Assembly: GCA_964610875.1 (NCBI GenBank)
Contig: CAZSWP010000018.1
Location: 1-64,000, forward strand
Direction: 5' to 3'
Source: an uncultured archaeon
GTDB lineage: Archaea > Asgardarchaeota > Thorarchaeia > Thorarchaeales > Thorarchaeaceae
Length of the DNA stretch: 64,000 bases
Position 1 is the first letter of the stretch. The number at the start of each line of letters is the position of its first letter. Below the pieces are notes generated by a model. The model did no database searches and was not told where the DNA came from. It saw only the letters and a program-made list of their open reading frames with translations. The position numbers and the translations under genes are program-made. This document shows, in pieces, positions 1 through 9,964 of this stretch.

Positions 1-411
1 CTTGAGTGGAACGTATGCAGAGCTCTTCGTTGCGCCAATGCCGGGATTACCATGCTTAACTGTTCGCGTCGTGATAGCAAACTCGCCTAATACATGTCCA
101 ATCATCTGCGGTAATATTTTGAAACGTTGGAAGTCTTTGCCGTTGTGGACGGCGACAGTGAGGTCAACCATCTCAGGAAGGATCACCATGTCGCGGCAGT
201 GAGTCTTCACGACGACATCCTTGTTACCCTTTCGCTGAGCCTTACGGGCAGCTCTCATTTTCATGAGGAGTTTCTTCTGCCGTGGAGGAAGTCCTCTCTT
301 GAGGGTTCTTCTTCTACGAGTTGGCAGGAGTTCTATGAGAGAGTCCATGTTCATCTTGGCCAGCTCTGTGAGTGGGATGCCACGATATGTTGGTTCGCCT
401 TTCTGCGACAT
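1..411 (-). CDS. rps19: 30S ribosomal protein uS19, archaeal type (stop codon just outside window)
   Basis: Manual minus-strand translation gives [11 protein letters not shown]...[37 protein letters not shown], the archaeal/eukaryotic S19/S15 C-terminal signature. Not in the ORF track. Confidence 0.95.
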   Translation of the reverse strand, partial: MSQKGEPTYRGIPLTELAKMNMDSLIELLPTRRRRTLKRGLPPRQKKLLMKMRAARKAQRKGNKDVVVKTHCRDMVILPEMVDLTVAVHNGKDFQRFKILPQMIGHVLGEFAITTRTVKHGNPGIGATKSSAYVPLK

Positions 412-496
412 TTAATCACCTGATTCAATAGACGGGGATGGTTGTGCCCGTCAGAATTGCGCTTCCTCATCGGAAAGTGAATATAAAACTATCTTT

Positions 497-1048
497 CTAG
501 CCGCTTCCGTCCTCTGATTTTTGCGGCACATTTCCCTCGTCCTGAAGCAAACCCGCCTTGCGCATTGCGACTCTGACCCATCCCATGGAGCCCTCTAGAC
601 CGGGGTCTCTTGTAAGGGCAAGACGTGCCAAATCGATGGCATCTTCATAGTTTTCTAGTTCGTAGTTGATCTCTGCTTTGTGCAGAATTGCGAGTGGATT
701 TCTCTCTTCAATCTCTAGAACTTGGTCAAATGCAGCAAGTGCATCTTGGAGCATACCAAGATTGCGTAAGACCACTGCTTTATTGAAGATGGGGACCGGG
801 TTCTCGGGATTAAGTTCCTGAGCTCTGTCAAATAACTCGAAGGCTTCAATTATGAGAGGGTCGTCCTTCTTAATTGAATCATGAACTTGACTCAATGCCA
901 CACCGAGGGAAATAATGGCATTCTCATGATTCGGTTGCTTTGAGATAATCTCTCTCAATAACACTGCTGCTTCGTCTATATTTCCATCTGCTAACAAACG
1001 TGCAGCTTTCTCATATTTCTTGTCTTTCTTACGACCAAAGAGTGGCAT
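497..1048 (-). CDS. TPR-repeat protein
   Basis: TPR-like helical repeats (NKAVVLRNLGMLQDALAAFDQVLEIE). The start at MPLFG is likely. Confidence 0.8.
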   Translation of the reverse strand: MPLFGRKKDKKYEKAARLLADGNIDEAAVLLREIISKQPNHENAIISLGVALSQVHDSIKKDDPLIIEAFELFDRAQELNPENPVPIFNKAVVLRNLGMLQDALAAFDQVLEIEERNPLAILHKAEINYELENYEDAIDLARLALTRDPGLEGSMGWVRVAMRKAGLLQDEGNVPQKSEDGSG

Positions 1049-1105
1049 TGCAATTCCTTTGCGCCGCACCCTCTTCAGTACTTAAACTATGGGAAATCAT
1101 CATGA

Positions 1106-2032
1106 ATGAATAGTCAAAGTGAGATGATTCTTCAGAAGCTTTATACCAGAAACCAATTCTGTTTTGACCTGGCGATGATACTAGTTCTGCTCTTGTTGAT
1201 TCTTCTTGCTATCTCTTTTCTCATACTGCTCTATCTATTTTTGATGATGAATAAGCGTCCATCGAACAGTCCCAGAGCATTTCTCAAAAAAAAGAATCTA
1301 GAAGATGAAGGCAAGCAAGTCATTGTTTTTCTAGGAGACAGTCTTACACATGGTCGTATTGGAGTGAACTATGTCGATATTCTAGCAGAAAGGATGGATT
1401 TGGAAAAATTCGAAGTGATAAACGCCGGTGTGAATGGCGACTATGTATGGAATCTCCTACAGAGAAGTGATGAAATGATTGCTTGCAAACCGGAGATTGT
1501 ATCGATTCTCATAGGTGCCAACGATGTCCGTGGGAGTTACCATCCGGGCGAAGGAAAGAGGGCCAAGCTGATGAAAGGTATCCCTCAGGAACCTGATCAT
1601 GAATTCTTTGAGAGCAATTTGAGAGCACTAGTTAAACGCTTGAAATCGGAAACTAGCACGAAAATCCTGCTTTGTTCACTCCCAACTCAGGAAGAGAATC
1701 CCTCACATCCAGCATTCCAGAGAACCATTGAATATAGTGAAACTGTAAGAAAGATTGCTGAGGAATGGAATTGTGTATATGCTCCAATAAACGAACGCAT
1801 GATTCAATATCAGAACTCTCATCCGGCTAAGCAGAATTTCAGCCATGAGAAAATTCTCTGGGAAATGATGAAAGCTCTATTCAAGCACTATATACTGAGA
1901 AAGAATTGGGACGATATTGCAGACCAAAACGGGTTGACCCTTCACATTGACCTCTTACATCTCAATACGGATGGAGCTTTACTCATTGCGAATACGTTGG
2001 AAGAATATTTGGAAAAAGTGTATGAAGATTGA
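1106..2032 (+). CDS. SGNH/GDSL hydrolase with N-terminal membrane anchor
   Basis: Motif blocks FLGDSLT, NAGVNG, IGAND and DLLHLN. Confidence 0.9.
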   Translation: MNSQSEMILQKLYTRNQFCFDLAMILVLLLLILLAISFLILLYLFLMMNKRPSNSPRAFLKKKNLEDEGKQVIVFLGDSLTHGRIGVNYVDILAERMDLEKFEVINAGVNGDYVWNLLQRSDEMIACKPEIVSILIGANDVRGSYHPGEGKRAKLMKGIPQEPDHEFFESNLRALVKRLKSETSTKILLCSLPTQEENPSHPAFQRTIEYSETVRKIAEEWNCVYAPINERMIQYQNSHPAKQNFSHEKILWEMMKALFKHYILRKNWDDIADQNGLTLHIDLLHLNTDGALLIANTLEEYLEKVYED

Positions 2033-2131
2033 TCATCAGATTGCACAACTATTTGAATTATAGAATACAGTTCTGCTATCAGAACGTTTTACCTCTAAAT
2101 TGATAAGTCAGATGATTTTCAAGTCATATGG

Positions 2132-3499
2132 TTGAGAACGATGGGCAAGCTCTTTGGTACGAATGGTGTACGTGGAACCATAAACGATTCGTTGACAGTA
2201 GATATGATTATCAACATCGCTAAGGCAGTTGGGACTGTAATCGGCCCGGGTACAATTGCCATATCCCGTGACTCAAGGATGGGTGGTGAGATGTTCCAAC
2301 AAGCCGCCATTGCTGGTCTATTATCTACAGGTTGTTCAGTTGTTGATGTAGGTCTCATGCCAACCCCTGGATTGCAATACATGACAAAGAAACTTGAATG
2401 CGATGCGGGTGCCATAATTACGGCATCCCACAACCCTCCACAATTCAATGGTATCAAAGTGATGGGATCAAATGGAATTGAAATAACTCGCGAACTTGAA
2501 AATGAGATCGAGAATGTCTATTTCAATAAATCATTCCGGGCTGCAATGTGGGATTCCATTGGTAGAATAACAACATATGGAAACGGAGTTAGAGATTACA
2601 TCAATGCTATCAAGAAACATGTGGATGTAGATGCAATCAGTTCAAAGCGTTTTAGAGTGGTAATTGATGGTGCAAACAGTGTTGGGTCTCTTGTCACACC
2701 AATCCTTCTCAGAGAGCTAGGATGTAAAGTGGTTTCCATCAATTCCCAACTTGATGGAATGTTTCCAGGTAGAGATCCAGAACCTCTTCCAAAAAATCTG
2801 GAGAATCTCAGTAAGATCGTTAAATCTGTTGGTGCTGATGTGGGGGTTGCACATGATGGAGATGCAGATCGGGCTACGTTTGTGGATACTTCAGGAAGGA
2901 TTCTCTGGGGTGACCAGTCATTTGCAATTATTGCGAAACATATTCTTCAAAGGAAAAAAGGTTCTACATTGGTCACACCTGTCAGTAGCGGGAGATTGAT
3001 TGAGGATATTGCAAAACATGCTGGGGCAAAAATTGAATGGACCGAAGTAGGTAGTGTTGTAGTTTCACATAAGCTAGTTGAGATTGATGCAGAACTTGGT
3101 GGTGAGGAAAATGGTGGGGTCTTTTATCCACCACATCTTGCAGTGAGAGATGGTGCGATGACTGCAGCTCAACTTCTTGAAATAATGGCTCTTCGTGACT
3201 TACCTCTCGACAAACTTGTGGAAGAACTACCACAATACTATAGCACCAAGAAGAAAGTTCCCGTTCCTCCTGAGAAGAAAGAGTCTATTCTAGATGCTCT
3301 TCTTGAGTTAACAAAAGATGAAAACCGGATAACTCTGGACGGTGTGAAACTAGAATATGATGAAGGTTGGATTCTTATCAGGCCATCAGGAACAGAACCA
3401 CTCTATCGCGCATTTAGTGAAAGCACCACTCAGCAGAAAGCCGATGAACTATGTCAACGCGGCATTGAGCTGATTGAGAAAACAATTGAGAAAGTATGA
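2132..3499 (+). CDS. glmM: Phosphoglucosamine mutase / phosphomannomutase family protein
   Basis: Motifs LFGTNGVRG, TASHNP, DGDADR, GEENGG and IRPSGTEP. Confidence 0.9.
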   Translation: MRTMGKLFGTNGVRGTINDSLTVDMIINIAKAVGTVIGPGTIAISRDSRMGGEMFQQAAIAGLLSTGCSVVDVGLMPTPGLQYMTKKLECDAGAIITASHNPPQFNGIKVMGSNGIEITRELENEIENVYFNKSFRAAMWDSIGRITTYGNGVRDYINAIKKHVDVDAISSKRFRVVIDGANSVGSLVTPILLRELGCKVVSINSQLDGMFPGRDPEPLPKNLENLSKIVKSVGADVGVAHDGDADRATFVDTSGRILWGDQSFAIIAKHILQRKKGSTLVTPVSSGRLIEDIAKHAGAKIEWTEVGSVVVSHKLVEIDAELGGEENGGVFYPPHLAVRDGAMTAAQLLEIMALRDLPLDKLVEELPQYYSTKKKVPVPPEKKESILDALLELTKDENRITLDGVKLEYDEGWILIRPSGTEPLYRAFSESTTQQKADELCQRGIELIEKTIEKV

Positions 3500-3571
3500 T
3501 ATTCAATCATGGAAGAATGATTATAGAATCACTTCACAGAATTATAAAACTTGATAAAATTAGGATATAGT

Positions 3572-3593
3572 GAGAGGGCATTACCGCCCTCTC
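3572..3593. terminator. Stem-loop between convergent genes
   Basis: Perfect 8-bp inverted repeat GAGAGGGC-attacc-GCCCTCTC. Confidence 0.5.
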
Positions 3594-3627
3594 TACCTGA
3601 TATACTGAATTGTTGAATGTGTGCGAT

Positions 3628-3942
3628 TTAGTCTTCGCTCTCCGCTTCAGGTTCAATCTTCTCTTCATCGAAGTCAAAGTCTTCTAGCGGTTCAGGTGCT
3701 GGAGTTGTAATCATTGTCCAGCCAATCCACATTGCAATCACCATGATAAGTACTGCTGCCAACCAGATAGGTAGAATAACTAACCATTTCCAGTCTGGCG
3801 CGAAAAGCCACTCCCAACCAACAGGGGCTAGGTTTGCAAGATCTGGAAATATCTGAATGATTAGCAGTCCCCATGTATAATAAATCATGACAAGAAGCGC
3901 AATGATGAAAATCAGCGCTCCGATTATCTTCTCTTTGCCCAT
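3628..3942 (-). CDS. Small 2-TM membrane protein, DPM2/PIG-P-like pattern
   Basis: Two TM helices with IYYTW and WIGWTMITTP motifs, and an acidic tail. Confidence 0.65.
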   Translation of the reverse strand: MGKEKIIGALIFIIALLVMIYYTWGLLIIQIFPDLANLAPVGWEWLFAPDWKWLVILPIWLAAVLIMVIAMWIGWTMITTPAPEPLEDFDFDEEKIEPEAESED

Positions 3943-4279
3943 TTTATGACTACCTCAGAAAGTGGTATCAATCTAACCTGTTATCCTCTGTCCCTTAGAT
4001 AAAAGGATTGCGTAAGATAGTTTTGAGTCCATATCTGGGAAACTAGAAGAGCATATCGAACAAAATATACACTATGAAAAACGTCATTATACCCAAGACC
4101 ATTGAAGCAGCCAGTAGTATTTTTCAGCACCTCATATTTTTCACTGTGAATCTTCTCTAATTCAGTAGTGAATAGTGTCCTCAGCAGAGTAAGCTCTGTA
4201 TGAAACGCTTATCTGAAAGCTTTTTCATGTTCCAATTCCTCGTGCGTATTCCTTATAATGGAGAACTGCGGCCCTGCCA

Positions 4280-5113
4280 ATGTATCACAGCATGATAGTG
4301 GTGGTGTCACACCCGATGAAGATTATAGTACCAGTGAAGCAAGTTCCAGAGGTTGCTGAGGTAAAAGTCAACCCGGAAACGGGAACGCTCATTCGAGATG
4401 GTGTTCCCAGTATTCTGAATCCCTTTGATGAACTGGCTGTCGAAGAAGCCATTAAAATCAAAGAAGCGCATGGTGGGGAAGATAGTGAAGTTGTGATAAT
4501 CACAATGGGTCCTCCTCAAGCAAAAGATGCACTCTATAAGGCACTCGCTATGGGTGGAGACCGTGCAGTGCATCTGACAGACAGAGCGTTTGCAGGCGCG
4601 GATACGTGGGTTACCGCACTGACTCTGGCAAAACAGATTGAGAAGATGGAATATGATCTAATAATCTGCGGAAAACAAGCTATTGATGGCGATACTGCTC
4701 AGGTCGGTCCTGAGATTGCAGAACTTCTTGGCATTCCTCAGATTTGTTATGTCAGAAAAGTCGAGTTATCAGAAGATGGAAAGCAGATTACTTGCCACAG
4801 AGAGACTGATGAAGGGTATGCAGTCGTCAAAGCAAAACTCCCTGTTCTCATTACAGCTACAAAAGGGTTGAATGAACCACGTCTTCCGAATATCATGGGA
4901 ATCATGAAGGCAAAGAAGAAACCACTAGATGTGGTGGATGCCGAAACACTAGGTGCACCTGTGGAAGATCTTGGTTTACAAGGGTCTCCTACACAGGTTA
5001 GAAAGGTATTCCCACCTGAACAGAGGTCTGGTGGAATTAAACTTGAGGATGTTGATCCAAAGGAAGCTGCCAAGCAGTTAGTTGAATTCCTTGCTAAGAA
5101 GGGGGCGATCTAA
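4280..5113 (+). CDS. etfB: Electron transfer flavoprotein beta subunit
   Basis: Motifs VKQVP, NPFD, MGP, GKQAIDGDTAQVGP and NEPRLP. The true start is probably 4316. Confidence 0.95.
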   Translation: MYHSMIVVVSHPMKIIVPVKQVPEVAEVKVNPETGTLIRDGVPSILNPFDELAVEEAIKIKEAHGGEDSEVVIITMGPPQAKDALYKALAMGGDRAVHLTDRAFAGADTWVTALTLAKQIEKMEYDLIICGKQAIDGDTAQVGPEIAELLGIPQICYVRKVELSEDGKQITCHRETDEGYAVVKAKLPVLITATKGLNEPRLPNIMGIMKAKKKPLDVVDAETLGAPVEDLGLQGSPTQVRKVFPPEQRSGGIKLEDVDPKEAAKQLVEFLAKKGAI

Positions 5114-5116
5114 TAG

Positions 5117-6316
5117 ATGACACTCAAGTATGATATAGACAAGTGTACTGGTTGCATGCTCTGTCCGAAAGTCTGCAATTTCGGAGCCATTGAGAAAGAC
5201 GGTGACAAAGTGAAATTCGACATGACCAAGTGTGTCCTTTGTGGTTCGTGTGAAGAGGTCTGTCCCGTTGATGCTATTGTGATTGAACGAAGAGCAGTAG
5301 ATCAAGCTGTAATTGCAGATTACAAGGATGTCTGGGCATTCTGTGAAACACACGAAGGACGTCTTCGTAGTGTTGGTCTCGAACTCCTAGCAAAGGGACG
5401 TGAGCTTGCCGACAAACTCGATGAAAAACTCGTTGCTGTTGTCATTGGTAAGGATGTAGAGAAGCATGCTGAGAAGCTCTTCTATCATGGTGCTGACAAA
5501 GTTATTCTCGTGGATGGAGAGGTCTTTGAACAGTATACAACTGATGCTTATACCATCGCTATGACTTCTCTCATCGCACCTCGTAAACCTGCTGTTGTAA
5601 TCTATGGTGCTACCAGTAATGGGAGAGACCTTGCTCCCCGTGTTGCAGCAAGAATGGCTCTAGGATTAACTGCAGATTGCACTGGTTTAGATATTGATGA
5701 AGAACGTCAGTTGGTTCAGACCCGTCCTGCGTTCGGTGGAAATATCATGGCAGAGATTCTATGTCCCTATACACGTCCCCAGATGGCCACTGTAAGGCCC
5801 AATGTATTCAAACCACTGGAACCTGATACTTCCCGAACTGGTGAAGTTGAGAAGGTTGACATTGAGGTCAGCCCCGTTCAGGTACGTACTCGTGTTCTTG
5901 AAACCGTCAGTGAGATGGTTGAGGGGATGAAGTCGGTTGAAGAGGCTGACGTTGTAGTCTGCAGCGGCCGTGGAATTAAAGATCCATCAAATCTTGAACT
6001 GCCTCAGAAACTCGCTAAGGTATTAGATGCTGCTGTTGCTGGGTCTCGTCCTATCGTAGATCTTGGTTGGCTTCCACCTACTCAACAAGTGGGCCAATCA
6101 GGAAGGACCATCTCTCCCAAGCTTTACTTCGCGTTGGGAATATCAGGAGCAATCCAACATTGCGCTGGAATGTCATCCAGTGAAATTATAATTGCAGTCA
6201 ACAAAGACCCAGAAGCTCCAATCTTTGAGCTTGCTGACTTTGGTATTGTGGGTGATATCTTTGACATTCTCCCACATGTGATTGAAGAGATCAAACGAGT
6301 GCAATCTGAAAGATAG
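5117..6316 (+). CDS. etfA: Electron transfer flavoprotein alpha subunit with N-terminal 2x[4Fe-4S] ferredoxin
   Basis: Two CxxCxxCxxxC motifs, then RPAFGG, QVGQSG and GISGAIQH. Confidence 0.95.
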   Translation: MTLKYDIDKCTGCMLCPKVCNFGAIEKDGDKVKFDMTKCVLCGSCEEVCPVDAIVIERRAVDQAVIADYKDVWAFCETHEGRLRSVGLELLAKGRELADKLDEKLVAVVIGKDVEKHAEKLFYHGADKVILVDGEVFEQYTTDAYTIAMTSLIAPRKPAVVIYGATSNGRDLAPRVAARMALGLTADCTGLDIDEERQLVQTRPAFGGNIMAEILCPYTRPQMATVRPNVFKPLEPDTSRTGEVEKVDIEVSPVQVRTRVLETVSEMVEGMKSVEEADVVVCSGRGIKDPSNLELPQKLAKVLDAAVAGSRPIVDLGWLPPTQQVGQSGRTISPKLYFALGISGAIQHCAGMSSSEIIIAVNKDPEAPIFELADFGIVGDIFDILPHVIEEIKRVQSER

Positions 6317-6326
6317 ATATTTTGAG

Positions 6327-6351
6327 AATAGTGGGTTTTCCACCCACTATT
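6327..6351 (+). terminator. Stem-loop after etfA
   Basis: AATAGTGGGT-tttcc-ACCCACTATT followed by T residues. Confidence 0.55.
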
Positions 6352-6459
6352 TTCTACTATCTAAGAATGAATGTTTTCTTTTGAATCCAACAAAATCTAG
6401 CTGAAAGTTACGTACATCGAACCTCTTTTACTATATCAGATTTCTTAGATGAAGAAAAA

Positions 6460-6921
6460 ATGAATGCTGTTAGAGAGTTTTTACAGGACGGCGGTGCATA
6501 TTTTGGAATCGATGGTGGTGCTTCTTATGCTACATCTTGGAGAACTAACATGTTTAACGGTACATTGTACGCTGATGCTGAAGGAACTGGAAAACACCTG
6601 TTATAAGTTGACGTAAATCATAACCTCTCCAGTCTTGATCTCTCCTCTGAACCGATGAACTACACACTGTTCTCTTAGGCCTCTGGCTATTTCATGGCCG
6701 ATGACATATCAGACATACTGACAATCTGCACATATCAAGAATCAGGATTACCGTGTATGGTTGTGTTTGAATAGGGGGAGGGACGCCTCTTATTTTCAGG
6801 TCCTCATCCTGAACTAGAAGAGACGAGTCTGAGGGATAATTTTGAAGACTGGGACAGCGTACAATACCCCTCCTCTGAATGGAACCTGATGCTTAATTTC
6901 AGTGAATGGCTTCTGGAATGA
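6460..6921 (+). pseudogene. BPL_N / class I glutamine-amidotransferase-like pseudogene
   Basis: A single frame reads FLQDGGAYFGIDGGASYA...GEGRLLFSGPHPE, with in-frame stops at 6604, 6676 and 6772. Confidence 0.7.
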
Positions 6922-6960
6922 AATATGCATACATTGGTGCAAGTGCTGATTAACATCGGT

Positions 6961-7434
6961 TCATTCTAGTTCCTGTGCAAACCGTTGACCAAAGGCTTGC
7001 CCCTTCTCGAGTTCAGCCTCATTGAGTGGTCCCTGCATTCCTTCAACCAGTGATGCAAGACCAGGTGACACTATTTTCGCATTTGGAGCTTTCTTTTTGA
7101 ATAGATTCTCAATCTGGCGAAGTGCTTTACCTTCATGCCCCTCAGCAAGATAGGTTTCAAACGCAGCAAGGGTCCTTCCATCAAGTCCCTTCTTAGCAAC
7201 TTTCTTTATTGCACCTTTAATCCCTCGCGTTGCCATGAATGCATGAATTGGACAGCCAAACAAGAATCCGTCATAGAAGGAGATATCCTGATCTTCAATC
7301 TCCTTAATGCCAACGACTTTTGAGGCCGCTAGCCCCGTTCCATCAATACCAGATGCAATCTGCCTTGCCAGTTGTTCTGTATTTCCATAAGTTGAGTCAT
7401 ATACAATCAGTACATTCTTCATCAGAATAACCAC
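6961..7434 (-). CDS. Flavodoxin-like protein
   Basis: IVYDSTYGNTEQLA FMN-binding loop and FGCPIH. Confidence 0.85.
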   Translation of the reverse strand: MVILMKNVLIVYDSTYGNTEQLARQIASGIDGTGLAASKVVGIKEIEDQDISFYDGFLFGCPIHAFMATRGIKGAIKKVAKKGLDGRTLAAFETYLAEGHEGKALRQIENLFKKKAPNAKIVSPGLASLVEGMQGPLNEAELEKGQAFGQRFAQELE

Positions 7435-7471
7435 GCTTGCAATACTTAGGTCAACAATTCTTTTTACTTCT

Positions 7472-7861
7472 TTGATGGATATTTCGGATATGAAAGATTA
7501 TGAGAAATACTCTATTGATACTGAAATCAAGTATGAACCGTTGACGCTTATGGACTTGGACAAGATTCAGAAGGACTGCAAAAAGGAGTGGCAGAATTTG
7601 AGTCTCTGTAGGATCAATGATTGTGTCGTCAGACTTGGCGTTATTCATGGAGAATTCCATTGGCACAAACACGACAATGAGGATGAGTTCTTCTATGTCA
7701 TTGAAGGTCGGTTATTGATAGATCTTGAAGACAGAACAGAAGAACTCCATCCCAAACAGAGCTTCATGATACCTCGTGAAGTTCTGCATCGAACTCGGGC
7801 TCCAGAGCGAACAGTAATTCTGATGGTTGAAGGGAGTGGAGTAGTTCCTACTGGGGATTAG
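7472..7861 (+). CDS. Cupin domain protein
   Basis: Motifs GEFHWHKHDNEDEFF and IPREVLHR. Confidence 0.9.
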   Translation: MMDISDMKDYEKYSIDTEIKYEPLTLMDLDKIQKDCKKEWQNLSLCRINDCVVRLGVIHGEFHWHKHDNEDEFFYVIEGRLLIDLEDRTEELHPKQSFMIPREVLHRTRAPERTVILMVEGSGVVPTGD

Positions 7862-7871
7862 TACTGGACAA

Positions 7872-8570
7872 GTGGGAGTCAAATTTCATAAGAAGAAAAG
7901 CACATCTATAGGTTGGGTCTCCGATTTGCGAGTAAGACAAACATTTGTTCTTGTTGCCATTATTATTCCGACCATTTGTACTCCAGTTGCCGCTCATAAT
8001 CAAAGTCTTACCTGGGGATATGTTGAAGGTACTCATTACAATTACAAAGAATCGTATTATAGTGTGTACAACGAAACAAGTTCTTTTGTGAATGAAATGG
8101 AGTTTTATATTCTTGGACCTGCATATCCTAACATCAAAGATCCTATTTCTATTAACGATCCATTTCCTTTTGTCAGAAGTCATGAGTATTATCCAAATGG
8201 CACGTTGATTAGTTCTTATGAATCGATTCTAGCTGTACCAACTGGAAACTGGAGCTTGCTCTCCACATTAGCAATTAGTTTCAAAACGAGTGAAGTCCAA
8301 GTGAATATTGTGGAATCTTCTGATATTTGGAGCTTCACTCTACATCAGGAGGACTTCATTTATTCTTGGATACAGACTGTTGAATTCTCTAAGAATGACG
8401 GTGTACTACTTAGGAATCACATTGAGAGTAGTACATCCCGTTCCATTTTGATTTATGATAGAGAGCGAATCATTCCTGGATTGACTTCACTTGAAGTCGC
8501 TTTGACATTGGCTGCTGGAATATCTGTAGCTATTGTACTTGCACTCTATCATCGAAAAATGCGCAGATAG
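7872..8570 (+). CDS. Secreted/membrane-anchored hypothetical protein (paralog family)
   Basis: Signal-like N-terminus, C-terminal TM helix, and motifs PTGNWS and SKNDGVL shared with the neighbouring gene. Confidence 0.7.
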   Translation: MGVKFHKKKSTSIGWVSDLRVRQTFVLVAIIIPTICTPVAAHNQSLTWGYVEGTHYNYKESYYSVYNETSSFVNEMEFYILGPAYPNIKDPISINDPFPFVRSHEYYPNGTLISSYESILAVPTGNWSLLSTLAISFKTSEVQVNIVESSDIWSFTLHQEDFIYSWIQTVEFSKNDGVLLRNHIESSTSRSILIYDRERIIPGLTSLEVALTLAAGISVAIVLALYHRKMRR

Positions 8571-8626
8571 TCTGAGTATTAAAACACCTGATTGACTATT
8601 TTCAAACATGAAAGGGTGTTTTTGAA

Positions 8627-9481
8627 ATGAAAAGGGGGTTATTAACAGCTGCCAAACACCTGAACAATCCTAGACATTTTTGGTGGGAGATTAGATACTT
8701 CAGAACGGAATAAATTCATAGGTCACCTGACACCTGTGTGCTGACCCCACGGAGTAACGTTCTAGTGCCGTCCCTGGAAGGACAAGACTCCGGTGTCCAG
8801 ATCTGTCCATCTTACAATGAACGGTTTGTAATCCTATTACTAATACTATCTATGGTTAATTCCACTTCTGCCACACATAGTCAAGGTCTTGAGTGGAAAT
8901 ACGAAGAAGGTGCGCAGTATGACTTTAGAGAAGTATATTATCGCTCTTAAAATGAGTCAACAACACTCGTAGAGGATATGGTATACTATGCAATTGCTCC
9001 AGAGTATACTGAACTAGTCGACCCACTAAATGAAAGTAGCATGATACCAATTCGTCGTGCGCCTACTTACTGGTCAAACGGAACAGAAATGAACCTATTA
9101 CCAATTCGTTTTGCTGTGCCTGTAGGCAATTGGTCTCTATTTAGTGAAATAGTTATGAGTCGCTCCGATGATAATAATGGTTACAATATAATTGACACGA
9201 TTGATGTATGGGGATACGAAGCGGAATACCAAGCCGGTATTGACCAAGTCTATCATTCAATGGAATATTCGAAAAACGATGGTGTGTTAGTTCGTTTGGT
9301 TTTTGAATTCACCATTCTAAGTACTACACATTTGACAATAGTAGAGAGGGTGGGTTTAGGACCAAGTATCCTTCAAATTGGCATAACTCTTGTTGCAGCG
9401 ATTGCAGTTGTAGTCGTCTTGGTTATGTACAATCGTTACAAAAAAAAAAATGAAATCTCTTTAAACAAAAAAAGATGGTGA
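8627..9481 (+). pseudogene. Paralog of 7872-8570, disrupted by a mini-element and a nonsense codon
   Basis: Removing 8639-8824 gives MKRGFVILLLILSMVNSTSATHSQGLEW... The in-frame TAA at 8948-8950 aligns with Tyr in the paralog, and the frame continues into ORF 8978-9481. Confidence 0.8.
8639..8824 (+). mobile_element. 186-bp non-autonomous (MITE-like) derivative of the IS607-like element
   Basis: The left end GGG|TT..ACAGCT..CCTAGACATT and the right end TGCCGT..TTACAATGAACGG|TT match the ends of the large element. Excision restores the host frame. Confidence 0.85.
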
Positions 9482-9548
9482 AAAAGAAATGCCATGAGGG
9501 GGCAGCAGCTTGAGCCGCCGCCTCCTTTCCGGTTATATCACATAAAGT

Positions 9549-9746
9549 CTACAAGTCGTATGCTTTGAGGGTCTTTCTCTTATTCTCCTTGCAACGCGTG
9601 GCTGCTGTCATGAGCATCTCGCCAATTCTCTCGTTGATAGCATCGTATGAATCGGACCCTACCATCATGTCATGTGACTTCGCGAATTCCTTTATTGCAC
9701 TCTTCACAACGAATTGTGGGAGCTTTGGTGCTTTTTTCTTAGCCAT
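9549..9746 (-). CDS. Histone-fold protein (short, truncated-alpha3 type)
   Basis: 65 aa with VVKSAIKE...MVGSD...AATRCKENKRKTLKAYDL. A GC-rich hairpin lies downstream at 9501-9522. Confidence 0.8.
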   Translation of the reverse strand: MAKKKAPKLPQFVVKSAIKEFAKSHDMMVGSDSYDAINERIGEMLMTAATRCKENKRKTLKAYDL

Positions 9747-9964
9747 TTTATGTTTTCACATCCCTCGGTTTTCGAGGGTAAAACATTGTGTATGTCATTA
9801 ATAAGGGTATCCTGCCTGAAATGGCTTCTGAGGCTATTTTCTGCCAGTTCCAGACGATTCCGAACATAAAATTAACAATAGTTAGCATATTTATGCATAA
9901 AAACTGCTCTACTTGTAGACTCTTAAGGATGATTGTTTACAATTGAGAAGACAGGTGGAATAAT

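Noticed and set aside
2-423. Plus-strand ORFs 2-202 and 127-423, and many similar short antisense or overlapping ORFs in the track
   Set aside because: They are shadows of real genes on the opposite strand or frame (here rps19) and carry no independent motifs.
8639-8824. Self-splicing intron/IStron or in-frame insertion
   Set aside because: The length is a multiple of 3 but the segment has an in-frame TAA, and I could not identify a group I intron core. The host gene also carries a separate nonsense codon.
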